Shown here piece by piece: positions 12,554 through 23,499 of a stretch of 64,000 nucleotides of DNA. Source of the DNA: Lama glama (Eukaryota); assembly GCA_028534125.1 (NCBI GenBank), contig CM052817.1:57724001-57788000 (forward strand), in the 5' to 3' direction. Within the stretch, counting starts at the first letter, position 1. Every line of letters begins with the position of its first letter. Both the position numbers and the translations under genes were made by a program. The notes under the pieces were generated by a model that saw only the letters and a list, made by a program, of their open reading frames with translations, was not told where the DNA came from and did no database searches.

Positions 12554-14384
12554 AATTTTATCTTTTCTGAGGTGTATCTGTTCCCTAACCTCAAATGTGA
12601 AAGGCTTTAAGTAGCTAGCCTAGTTTGTAATCTTGTCTGTTGTATATTTGCTGAGTTCACACCTGCTGCTTCTCCATCTGCTACAATTTTAGATCAGAAG
12701 ACCTACTTGAAATATGTGGAAAATGTCAAACATATTCCCAAAAAAGTGCTGTCTTTTTTTAAGCTGATGGTGTCCTGAGATGACTGAGGCTTTTCTCTTC
12801 CTAAAGATTAGCACTCCCCTCTTTTGTTTTCACTGACCTAGAGTCTCTTATTTAAAGGATCAAGACAACTTGATCATGGTGTAAAGAACAGAGAAATAGC
12901 ACTTCAAAAATAAATATCATTCAACTTGATTGTAGGCACTATGCTATACTTACAAGACATTAATAGTACACCTGAATTATATAACAAATTTTAGTCATGT
13001 TTTCACATTTAGCAAGTATACAAATGGGTTTCTTTCCATCTCAATCTTAATACATCCAGTACAAGATATTTGATGTTTAGGAACAATATCTAATAGCCTG
13101 AGTCATTCATTCAGATATTCACTCTGAGCAAGATTCTACCTGGAACTGTTCTATGAAAAATTCAAAAATATGTTCAGTAAGGAACTTGATGAAATTATAC
13201 TTGTGTGGGTATATGGGTCATTCTTAAATACTGTTTTCCTGTTGTTTGTGCTTAAAATTTAGATATGGCATTTTTATGTTTATTTTCCTGTGTACTTATA
13301 TATAAATTTATTATACTTAAGTTACTTAAAAATTATATCTGTTTCTTCCCACAAGCAATAAGGATGGTGTTATGGGTGGGAGTGGATCTAATGGTTCAGA
13401 GGAAGGAGACAGTGAATCCTAAATCTATTGTGTAGGAGAATTGTCAAGGTTTGGAAGAATTATTATGCTTCCGGGGTATGCTGGATTTTAGTGTTAATAG
13501 CGTTCACCACTTCTAGAGACATATACTAGAATATTTCCATGGATTAGGGTGGATTTCACCCGGAGTCATTTTTGCAGAAATAAAGTATTGTTAGTTGAAA
13601 GTTTATTTTAATTCTAGACAAAACGTAAAGACTGTGCAATCTTGGGTGTTTGCTCATTTATAAGATGAAGGCATTAGACAATTATAAAGTGATTTTCTGA
13701 TCCTCTGCCAGTCCTCAGCTATCAGGCAGGGTTGTTTTGTTTTGTTTTTACCACTGGGAAGGGCTGCTGGGGGACAAAGGGTAGGATCAGTCTTCTGCGA
13801 GAGCTGTCAGCGTTCATTTGTTTGCTGAGCTCTGATGCACAGATCTGCTGGGACTGGTTTGTCTTCCTACACGTGTGTTAGATCCTAAACCTTGGCTTGC
13901 TCTCACTCCTAAGTTTTTTGTAGCTTGTAGCAATCTGGACTCTCTTGAGCTGTTCTTTCTTTGCTATTACTTGGGGAATTTCACTATAGCAATCCCACTC
14001 ACAGCCTCCGTCTGAACTTAAGAGGATGAAGCCATCCACCAAAAAGAAAAATGACTAGATAACCACAGGCAACACAGATTCAGTTGAGAGTCCACCCAGG
14101 CATTTGAACTTTTTCGCATGTGTGCTTTGAGAATTTTCATAAAGCGTAATGCCAATTAATCAGATTCCTGGAATTCATTTGTTAGGGAGCTTTGATTTAT
14201 TTTCCCAAAACAGAGAGTGAACTTCTGCAAAGTGAGTACTGTATCTTAGAGACTGTGAGGCCCAAATACATGGTAAAATATATTTTTCATATTTCTGTTT
14301 CACCTTGGCCTAAGAAACATATGAGGTCATTTGGTTCTGAACAAAAGTCTCAACATAAAATCCTTTAAACCTTTCAATTTCTCT

Positions 14385-14702
14385 TAAGTCAGACAGAGAA
14401 GGATAAATACTGTATGATATCACTTATATGTGGAATCTAAAAAATATGACAGACTGATGAACATAACATAAAAGAAGCAGATGTAAAGAACAAACTAGTG
14501 GTTACCCAGTGGGGCACAGGAGAAGGGGCAATAAAGGGGTGGAGGAGAGGGAGGTAAAATTACTGGGTGTACGACAGGCTCAAGGATGTATTGTACAACA
14601 TGCGGAATGTAGGTAGTATCTTGTAATAACTGTAAATGGAAAATAACCTATAAAATTGTATGAAATTAAAAAAAATAAAAGAAATAGACTCAAAAAAAAA
14701 AA
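14385..14702 (+). mobile_element. 5'-truncated LINE-1 3' end
   Basis: aagtcagacagagaaggataaatactgtatgatatcacttatatgtggaatctaaaa matches the ORF2 end/3'UTR of the L1s at ~39540 and ~41930; ends in AATAAA and an A tail. Confidence 0.88.
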
Positions 14703-15555
14703 CTCTTTAAATTTTTCAAAGTATCAAGAGCATGGTAAGAACTTGGCTGATTACCTTGCCAAATGCCTCTGAGTCAAGGCTGAAATTTTGGACTATGCAG
14801 TCGACATGGTGATAAGGCATCTTAAGTAGAGCTTATTTTTATTCTCTTAAGAACTCCAGCCTTTTGGTCTGCAGCCTGACCTTGGTCTTGCCAATTCACC
14901 AAAGACTCCGGAATCCCTCTACTGAGCCCCTGGCTTTGGGTGGGAGGAGGGCTCTGTGCTGCGAGAGGTCCCTGATGCTGCCTGGATGGACAGTACTTGT
15001 TCTTATTCCTACGGCTGTGTATCACCCACATGCTTCTGGCTACTTCTTGCTGGACCTTTAGTGTGTTATCATTTATTGGATGTTTTTTCCCCATTGCCTG
15101 TATATGTAGATTTCTTCCCAGCATTTCCTTCATCCCACAGATGAGTAAATTTCAGAATGTTTTTTCTTCCAATATGTTCTGTACCACAAAGGATCTGAGC
15201 CTTGTCTACCTGAATGTCATGAAGCCCCTTCACAATTTTTACGGATCACTCGACTGGGCCTTTTCTTAAGGAAAAGTAATGTTTTTAATTCTGTCACTGG
15301 GGAGGCAGCACTTGGGGCTTTTCCTCATTGCTTCCAGAAATCTAGAAGAGCTGACAAAGAAAGCATCTGTCCCTGTCTATTCTAGCCATAATGTGGACCT
15401 GCATTAAAGGGGAAGTCAGTGTGGTTTGCCCAGTCCTTAGGATGGCCGAGGACTTTCACTGTTTCTTCCTCAGGAGAGTCTGGATATGAATGTCTTTGAC
15501 TATGTAGGGAGTTATGATTTGGAAGGGTCCCATTTGACTGTGTTACGTTTTTAGA

Positions 15556-15596
15556 CAGACGAGATCGGGTGCGTTCAGTGTGATATGGCCGTAGAC
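15556..15596 (-). pseudogene. 3'-truncated 5S rRNA retropseudogene (5' ~41 nt)
   Basis: Reverse complement GTCTACGGCCATATCACACTGAACGCACCCGATCTCGTCTG vs mammalian 5S GTCTACGGCCATACCACCCTGAACGCGCCCGATCTCGTCTG (3 mismatches); flanked by 16-bp direct repeats gactgtgttacgtttt / gactgtgttatgtttt. Confidence 0.92.
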
Positions 15597-17810
15597 GACT
15601 GTGTTATGTTTTCAAAAGAGCTGTTTGGTCATAAGTTTGTTCTAGACATAAAAATAGAAAAAATGGCTTTTCCACTCTTCTGCAAAATAATAATTATTAA
15701 AATAATCACAAACAACAACAAAATACCTTCTTCCTGCAGATGTTGAAATTTATATAATCTTTGCGTTTCCCGTTCAGATTTGGCTACCAAGAAACGTAGC
15801 TCTTAATGTAGGGTTTAAATGTATTATTTCACACAATATTCTCAATAGGCTTATTTCTCCACGCTCTATAAATGATGTCTCAAATTTTTTAAAAATTTGA
15901 CTTTATTTTATAGTCCAATGTGATTTTTTTGTTTGCTTGTTTTTATTGTAAATCAGATCTGAGTTTTTTGGATGTAAGTTAGATATGAATAAAAATGCAT
16001 TCAGAATTAGAAACATATAGGCATTAAGTGTTAAAGATCAAAACATCAATGACATCATATAGTATGCATTCCACAGTTAAATGTTCACGATTACAAGGTG
16101 AGTTTATCTTAGGCTGGTGATGGGGTGTGTGGAAGCAGGGATGGAGGGGTTTGTCCATAAAGAATCTCCTCGAGAAATTCAGATAATTACACACTGTCAA
16201 TATGAATTATCATCTATAAAATGGTGACTATTATGTGGAAACTCCTGTTATTCTGGAACAGTTTGAGCAAACTGTTTCTAGTGCATCCAGGAATTGTTGG
16301 CATGAATACAATGACTAAAAGCTATGCCTACTGGCCTGGAACTAGGTATGATGGTGAAAAAAAGGCTGAGTGTAGCATTTGAATGTCTCTTTCACCATGG
16401 GCAGTGACAAAACAGTCAGATCAAAACTCCTTAATATTTATTTGCAGAGCTGTTCTTAGATAAAACTGTGTTGTATGAGAATCTTTTTCAGAATGACACC
16501 AAGTATCCACAACATTTCCTCTCCAAACATTAATAATGAGAGCTCAGTATGAATTATTAATAATAGATAAGGTACCATTACTTTAAATAGTATGTTTTCT
16601 TTTGGCTTAGATGACAGTAAGAAAACAGTGGAAAAGGTTTTGGTCATAGCTTCACCCTTTTGCTCATCATTCTCAGGCAAATGGCTTAGCCAAAAGCTTG
16701 GTCCAAGCCAGAAGGGGTGCCCACGGCTGATGGCTAGGGAAATGTGCCAAGAAGACTTGCCAGATTTCTCATCATTCAACATGGCACTCCATCTTCAACA
16801 GCAGGAGTCAGTCCTGCTGAATTACAAATGCTTGGCAGCCTCTCAAGACTTGCCCTGACCATTTCCGTAGAGATTTGGGTCAGGCCTTATATGACAAATA
16901 ATATGTTCTAGATGCTCATCTGTCTGGGTTTAGTCTTTGGTTATTTTTAGCCCAAGAGTTGATCTTTGTTAGAAAACATAGTATTCAATAATAATTTTCT
17001 GCTACTGTAACTTAGTTCCCTAAGCTGTTTCAAACAGCCCAGAGGGTAGAAGGACAAGTGTGCTTTTCCTGCTGATTGACTTTCATAACATGCTGCACAG
17101 GATGATCTGACAGCGCAGAGTCATGGCATCCTACCAGCTCACATGCTTTTCTTTGGCAATGATCCTAGGGACTCGCTAGAGACATAAAGAGAAAACAAAT
17201 GATATCTTTCCATTATGCCTTGCTGGAATTTTTGTTATTTCCCATATAATGCAGATGTTCTTATGCAAACTATTGCCTCATTTGGGTCAAAAATAAGAGT
17301 TACCAAATGAGAGGAGTATCAGGGAAGATAATGGGGAATGAATGAGATTTGGGAAATAGAAATTCAAGTGGCTATTTTTTTCCTTTGTGGTTGATAAAAA
17401 TCTGTTTTAGACTAGTGAGTTTTACATGTAGATACATATCTATATACATACCTATACCTATCTATCTATGAAGTATTTTTTTCTACTGACCAGAACCAAA
17501 ATCAGTGGATATATGAATATAGCATATAAACATCGAACACATCTTACTTGGAAGTGAAGATGTGTGACCTGATGTGTATAGCTGAGTCTAAAGATAGATG
17601 TGTGTTCCACAAAAATAGTGTTTATGGACTTGGTGCTTATTTACCTCTAAGTAAGTAATGCTTTCTTAACCTTTTTGGTGCTAAGTAAGGTGCTATGAAT
17701 GTCCATACTGGTTATTAAACCACCAAAATCCTCCGATAGCTATTAGTAAATAGTCTCAGCTCAAGTCTCTGAAGTATCTCTACCATCAACCCAATCCTAA
17801 TTACTGTTTT

Positions 17811-19645
17811 ATTTATTTAGATAGAATTGGCATATAGCATCATATTAGTTTCAGGTGTATAATATAATCTATATTTGTATATGTTGTGAAATGATCACAG
17901 TAAGTCTAGTGAACATCCATTGCCACATTTTTTTTCTTGTAATGAGAACTTTTACAATCTATTCTTTCAGCAACTTTCAAATTTACATAATATTATTAAC
18001 TGTAGTCACCAGGCTGTACATTACATCCCCATGACTTAATTTATTTTATAATTGGAAGTTTGTACCTTTTGTGACCTCCTTCATCCATTTTGCCCAGTGC
18101 CCCCAACCTCCAGTGACTTGCCACCTCTGACAACCACCTATTTATTCTCTATGAGCTCCAGGGCTTTTTTTTTTTTTTTTAAAGATTCTACACATAAGTG
18201 AGATCATGCAGTATTTGTCTTTTTCTGTCTGACACATTTGACTTAACATGAATGGACCTTGATGATATTATGCTTTCACAAATGGAAAGATTTCCTTCTT
18301 CATTATAGCTGGATAGCATGCCATTATATGTGTAGTTGACCCTTGAACAGTGCAAGAGTTAGGGGCGCCCATCCTCTGCATAGTCGAAGATTTGTGTATA
18401 ACTTGTAATCAGCCCTCCATCTCCTCAATTGCGCATCCGTGGATTCAACCAATTGTGGATCATGTAATACTATAGTACTTACTATTGAAAAAAAGCCACA
18501 TATAAGTGGACTCCCACAGTTCAAACCCATGTTGTTCAAGGGTCAACTGTACATACCAAAATTTTTTTATCCATTTATCCATTAATTGACACTTAGGTTG
18601 CTTCCATATCTAAGCTACTGTAAATTATGCTCCTATGAATATAGAGATGCATGTATCTTTTCGAGTTAGTGTTTTTGTTTTCTTTGAGTAAATACCCAGA
18701 AGTGGGATTGCTGGATCTTATGGTAGCTCTATTTTTAATTTTTTGAAGAACTTCCATAGTGTTTTTCATAGTGGCTACACCAATTTACATTCTCACCAAA
18801 AGTGCACAAGGATTCCCTTTTCTCCACATTCTTGCTAACACTTATCTCTTGTCTTTTTGATAATAACATAATAGATGTGAGGTGATATCTCATTGTGGTT
18901 TTGATTTGCATTTCCCTGATGATCAGTGATATTGAGCAAATTTTCTTGTACTTGTTGGCCATCTGTATGTCTTATTTGGAAAAATGCCTGTTCAGATGTT
19001 CTGCCCAATTTTTAATTGAATTATTTGGTTTTTGCTATTGAGCTGTATGAATCTTTATTTTGAATATTAACCCCTTATCAGATACATAGTTTGCAAATAT
19101 TTTCTCCAATTCAGTAGATTGCTTTTTCATTTTGTTGATGGTTTCCTTAGCTATATAGAAGCGTTTTAGTTTCTTGTGGTCTCATTTATTTTTGCTTTTA
19201 TTACATTTGATGTCAAATTCAAAATATCTTTGCCAAGACTGATTATCAAGGCCTTACTGCTTATGTTTTCTTCCTGGAGTTTTATAGTTTCAGGTCTCAC
19301 AGTCAAGTCTTTAATCCATTTTGAGTTAGTGTTTGCATTTGGTGTAAGATAATGGGCCAACTTCATTCTTTGCTGTGTGGCTGTATAGTTTTCCCAACAC
19401 CATTCATTGAAGAGACTATCTTTTCCCTTCCCTATATATTTTTGGCTTCTTTACTGTAAATTAACTGATCATATGTGCATGGGTTTATTTCTGAGCTCTC
19501 TATTCTGTTCCATTCATTGGTCTATGTGTCTGTTTTTATGTAGTGCCTTGATGCTTTGACTACTGTAGTTTTGTAATATAGTTTAAAATCAGGGAGTATG
19601 GTGCCTCCAGCTTTGTTCTTCTTTTTCAAGATTGCATTGGCTATT
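17811..19645 (-). mobile_element. 5'-truncated LINE-1 (ORF2 C-terminus + 3'UTR, L1MA-like)
   Basis: Minus-strand ORFs 18735-18962 ([16 protein letters not shown]) and 19166-19366 (NSKWIKDLTVRPETIKL) are L1 ORF2 fragments; candidate TSD actgttttat at 17803-17812 and 19649-19658. Confidence 0.92.
18333..18549. mobile_element. Tigger2/MER8-family MITE nested in the L1
   Basis: Terminal inverted repeats (t)agttgacccttgaaca ... tgttcaagggtcaactg, with TA on the right flank (TcMar TSD); L1 sequence resumes on both sides. Confidence 0.88.
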
Positions 19646-19794
19646 ATAACTGTTTTATATTAAGAGGTGGTATAAATGAATTATCTAAACATTTAAATAT
19701 GTATTTCTTATTTACATTTAAAAATACAGTGTTCTTTACTACTACTACCACCACCACCTCTACCACCATTTCTTGCACTACTGCTACTATAGCA

Positions 19795-20090
19795 TCACTG
19801 ATTTATTGATTACTTACCCTAGGCCAGTCAGAGTCCTAAGCATTCTACTTATATTAGCTCATTTAATCCACACAACAATGCTGTGAGGTACTATTGTCAT
19901 CTGCATTTTTACAGACAAGGAAACAGAAGCACCAAGACATTAAATGACTTACTCAAAGTAACATAGGTAGCAAATGACATAACTGGGAGTCAAACCTACA
20001 TAGTCTAAATAAGTGATAAACAAACAAACAAACAAAACCTACATAGTCTAGTTTTAGAATCCAGGATCCTCACTACTCCTCCTGCCAGCT
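19795..20090 (-). mobile_element. MIR SINE
   Basis: Core ctcatttaatccacacaacaatgctgtgaggtactattgtcatctgcatttttacagacaaggaaacagaagc..aaatgacttactcaaagtaaca. Confidence 0.85.
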
Positions 20091-22335
20091 TAATTAGGCA
20101 AGCATCCCTGATTATTTTAGGTAAAGAGTACTATAGTCTTTTGTAAGATAAACACATAAACTTGTGACTGTATTTGTTTAAATTTGGCTTTACTGGATCC
20201 CAGCTTAGCTTTGACATTTACAGATGGGCTAGCCTTCATCTCACTGTGAGATATAAAGCAACTTGGTATTTAGTTTACCTGCAAAAGGCTGTTAGGAGGC
20301 CCTACAGGAACTCCTAATTAAAATGCAGCACATTTCCAAGGCACCATATCTTGCTGTGTTGCCATAGAAACAGTGGGGATTTCTGGTCACTGACCTTTAA
20401 GGGAATCTAAGAATACATTTTCATAAGGTTCATAAGAAGAGTTATCCCAGTATATTAACTATAGTTGCAGGATCAACTTTGGAAATCCCCTATGCAATCC
20501 TACCTGACTTTAGAAGTATATTATATCAGCAAAATTACTAGAGGCTCAAGCTGGACTTTTTGAAAGAATGGTTTTTTAGCTGCTTCCAATATACCATCTG
20601 AGCTATTGGATTTAAAATGATCAAAGATATTGTTGTAGCAGCAAAGAAACATTAAAAAAAACTTAGATAATTATATAAGAGATGTTGAAACTAAAATAAT
20701 ATCTAGGAATAGTTTCTGTGTTATATCTATTCTGTTGCATTTGGATTCTTCAAATCAAGGCTTACTCAAAGGATAAAATACAGTATTACTATATTAAAAA
20801 AATATACACCTAGAAAGTCAAAGCTTTTTATAAAATGTTAAAATGTTAACATAATTTAAAAATACAAATTATTAATTCATGCCCTTTCTAGTTTATTCAT
20901 TTATAAATTCAGTCATTACATTATAAAAATGTAAAATTGAACAATTTTAGTTATACTTTCTATATATGTATTTTTTTGCCATTTGACAGAAGCTAAGTAC
21001 ACATGATGCAACAGGGAAATGACACAGCCTGCTTTATTGTGACTACTATTATAATAATATTTTTATCTTTCACTAAAATAGATAACTTAGTTCTTGTGAC
21101 AGGATATGCGTAGTTTAGTTATAAGGAAGGATCAGTCAGAGTAATCAGGAGCTGGCTAATTTCTCCTAGAATTAGAAATAAATCTCCATACACATGAGTA
21201 TCACTTTTGAGTTACTACTGACAAATCACTTACCTCTATATTTGACACAGTGAGGAAAAAAAAAAGTATCTTCGATTCAGATTCCAGGGACAGGGCAAAC
21301 AGGGAAGTGCCAGCTCTGTTGTGCTCCCGCTCAAGACAACACAGTAGGATGAATGCACCCCAGGATGCAGAGTACTGTCAGTGCAGTCGACAGAGGAATC
21401 TGTCAAGTTTGTAGTTAGAAAACTGTTTTTCTTCCTCAGTATGGATGTGGACAGCACTGTCCCTGAGAACTAATGGTTGTCCTTGAAGCCTGGGTATATG
21501 TGTCTGTGTGTACATCTGTGTGTGGTTGATCCAATTGTTACCCACTGGATGAGCCAGAAGGATGAGGAATATATTTGCATCTCATACTGGTAGGGCGACC
21601 AAGGAAGCTCTGACTTGGAATGCTAAACCATATATTAGATTGTTGTGCTGCCAGTCATGTGCCAAAGCTCTTCCTGACCTGTTTTGCTGAAGATCTCATG
21701 AAACATACGAGGCTGAATAAATCAGACTTGGGGGACTGATGTCTGCAAATTAAACCTAGGAGCAGACTAGCCCTCAGGTCAGGTTGTCTGTGGGTTGTCT
21801 CAGCAGTGGCTGTGAGACAATCTTCCTGAAAAGGCTTCTTCTCTTGTGCAACTTTTTGTTTAAATGCTTGGTTCAGGACAACCACTATGGTATATATCTT
21901 CCTATGGCATTTTTTATGCTCATATTAGTACTAGAATAGAATGCTTTTTGTACAAAAGATTTTACTGTTCCATGTGGTTTAGGAATACTCATTAACACAT
22001 CTAAATGAAACAAGAGACTTACCACTTCTCTCCAGCTTAAGACTGTACAGGCAGCTTAACACTTGGTAGTCTCTTTCCAATTAGGTAAAAAAGGAAGCTT
22101 CTATGGTGATCATGCTTATAGTCATTATATTCATTCTGTCTTCCTTCCTTGCCAATTCCTAATATACATCAGATTACTCATGACTACATAGAATGTGCCT
22201 AGTGCTTCTAGAATATTCTGTCTAAAAATTCTGCTTTCTACTGGTGACTTTTTAAAGGGACTCTGCCATTTTTCTCCTGAATAATTAAAAAGACAAACTA
22301 AATAATTGATTTATACAGGTCTTTTGACATTCACA

Positions 22336-22341
22336 TTTATT
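22336..22341 (-). promoter_or_regulatory. Candidate distal poly(A) signal AATAAA (~1.13 kb after stop)
   Basis: tttatt on + strand; usage untested. Confidence 0.4.
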
Positions 22342-22837
22342 GTCAGCACCCATGGGGAGTTAACAGACATTTCCTAAGTAGAAAAGTCTTTCCTAAAGAA
22401 ATATCCTATAATTTATATATCTAGCAAAATTTAAAGGAGTAGGAGGCTTTCATAAAATCTAGAGAGCTGACATTTTTAAGGTGATTCTCTGGTAGTTCTC
22501 AGAAATGCTTACAGGTATTTCCTAGAAGGAAAAAGATTTGATTTAAAAAAAGAAGAAAAAGAAAATGCTGGGTTAAAGTTAACCAGGTTCCCTCAGAGTC
22601 TTTAATGCATGAAATGGTAATGTGTCTTATGAATATCTTAAGGGGATGTACTCAAAATCACTTCTCTAGTCCATGGAACTCACTTTTTTAGTAGAGCCTC
22701 TTAAGACACCAGTGCCATCAGAACATTGGGTGGTGGTGTTTCAGGGAATTCCCAAGGTAGAGGGTTAATGTTCCATCTGGCCTTTTTAACACGTCTAAAA
22801 TTTCTTCTTCATCAAATGGCTGGTAAGGACTTTATAT

Positions 22838-22843
22838 TTTATT
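22838..22843 (-). promoter_or_regulatory. Candidate poly(A) signal AATAAA (~625 nt after stop)
   Basis: tttatt on + strand; first canonical hexamer I found after the stop codon. Confidence 0.55.
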
Positions 22844-23013
22844 GTGTCACTTCTCATTTCATGTTGTTTATAAGCATGATTTTTATCATTAAAGTGAGAT
22901 GGGTTAGAAAGATTTTCGTAATGACATAACATTTTAGCTGTCACAATTTTTATGAAAACACGAGTTAATAAAACATCACAAAACAATAAAATTTTATAGT
23001 TAATATTTATAGG

Positions 23014-23020
23014 TGCATAG
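23014..23020 (-). promoter_or_regulatory. miR-153 seed-match site (CTATGCA)
   Basis: Minus strand AAACTATGCACC; position corresponds to the known conserved miR-153 site of SNCA. Confidence 0.75.
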
Positions 23021-23211
23021 TTTCATGCTCACATGTTTAAGTATTGTATATATTAACAAATTGCACAATACATCATTATTCTTAGACAGAATCATTAAAA
23101 GACACCTTAAAATCTTCTATAATATATGATAGTAAATCACTCACAATTTTTCAACAACAGCAACAAAAAAATAGTGAAGATTTAGAAATAAGTGGTAGTC
23201 ACTTAGGTGTT

Positions 23212-23217
23212 TTTAAT
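23212..23217 (-). promoter_or_regulatory. Proximal poly(A) signal ATTAAA (~250 nt after stop)
   Basis: Minus strand CAAATTAAAAACACC, as in the human short-UTR isoform region. Confidence 0.55.
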
Positions 23218-23347
23218 TTGCTTTAACATTTTAGATTTGAAGCCACAATATCCACAGCACACAACGACCCTGCTACCATATATTCAGTGAGAGGGAAGCA
23301 CCGAAATGCTGAGTTGGGGCAGGTACAGATACTCCAATCACTGCTGA

Positions 23348-23355
23348 TGGAAGAC
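23348..23355 (-). promoter_or_regulatory. miR-7 8mer site (GTCTTCCA)
   Basis: + strand tggaagac equals miR-7 nt 1-8; about 110-120 nt after the stop, the known SNCA miR-7 site. Confidence 0.8.
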
Positions 23356-23466
23356 TTCAAAATACACTGTGAAAACTTTGAGAAAATGTCATGACTGGGC
23401 ACGCTGGAACTGAGCACTTGTACAGGATGTCAGCAGATCTCAGGAAACTGGGAGCAAAGATAGTTC

Positions 23467-23499
23467 TTAGGCTTCGGGTTCGTAGTCCTGATACCCTTC
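23467..23499 (-). CDS. SNCA: Alpha-synuclein, last coding exon (exon 6): EGYQDYEPEA*
   Basis: GAA GGG TAT CAG GAC TAC GAA CCC GAA GCC TAA, identical to residues 131-140 of alpha-synuclein; acceptor ttttcctaatattAG at 23500-23501; missed by the ORF track. Confidence 0.98.
   Translation of the reverse strand, partial: EGYQDYEPEA

Larger units (their letters stand above)
22320..23466 (-). other. SNCA: SNCA 3'UTR (distal end uncertain, alternative polyadenylation)
   Basis: Minus strand after TAA reads GAACTATCTTTGCTCCCAGTTTCCTGAGATCTGCTGAC..GTACAAGTGCTCAGTTCC..AAACACCTAAGTGACTACCACTTATTTCTAAATC, closely matching the human SNCA 3'UTR as recalled; similarity visible to ~22700. Confidence 0.8.

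Noticed and set aside
14822..15269. Cluster of overlapping ORFs
   Set aside because: No recognisable domain or exon structure; compatible with chance ORFs in a locally less AT-rich segment
15556..15596. Functional 5S rRNA gene
   Set aside because: Only about a third of the RNA, no internal promoter boxes or terminator, and flanked by TSDs
16456..16858. Opposing 108- and 88-aa ORFs
   Set aside because: No homology recognised and no splice or pseudogene hallmarks
23223..23417. 64-aa minus-strand ORF just after the SNCA stop
   Set aside because: Lies in the 3'UTR, has no ATG start at the listed position and shows no protein-like similarity
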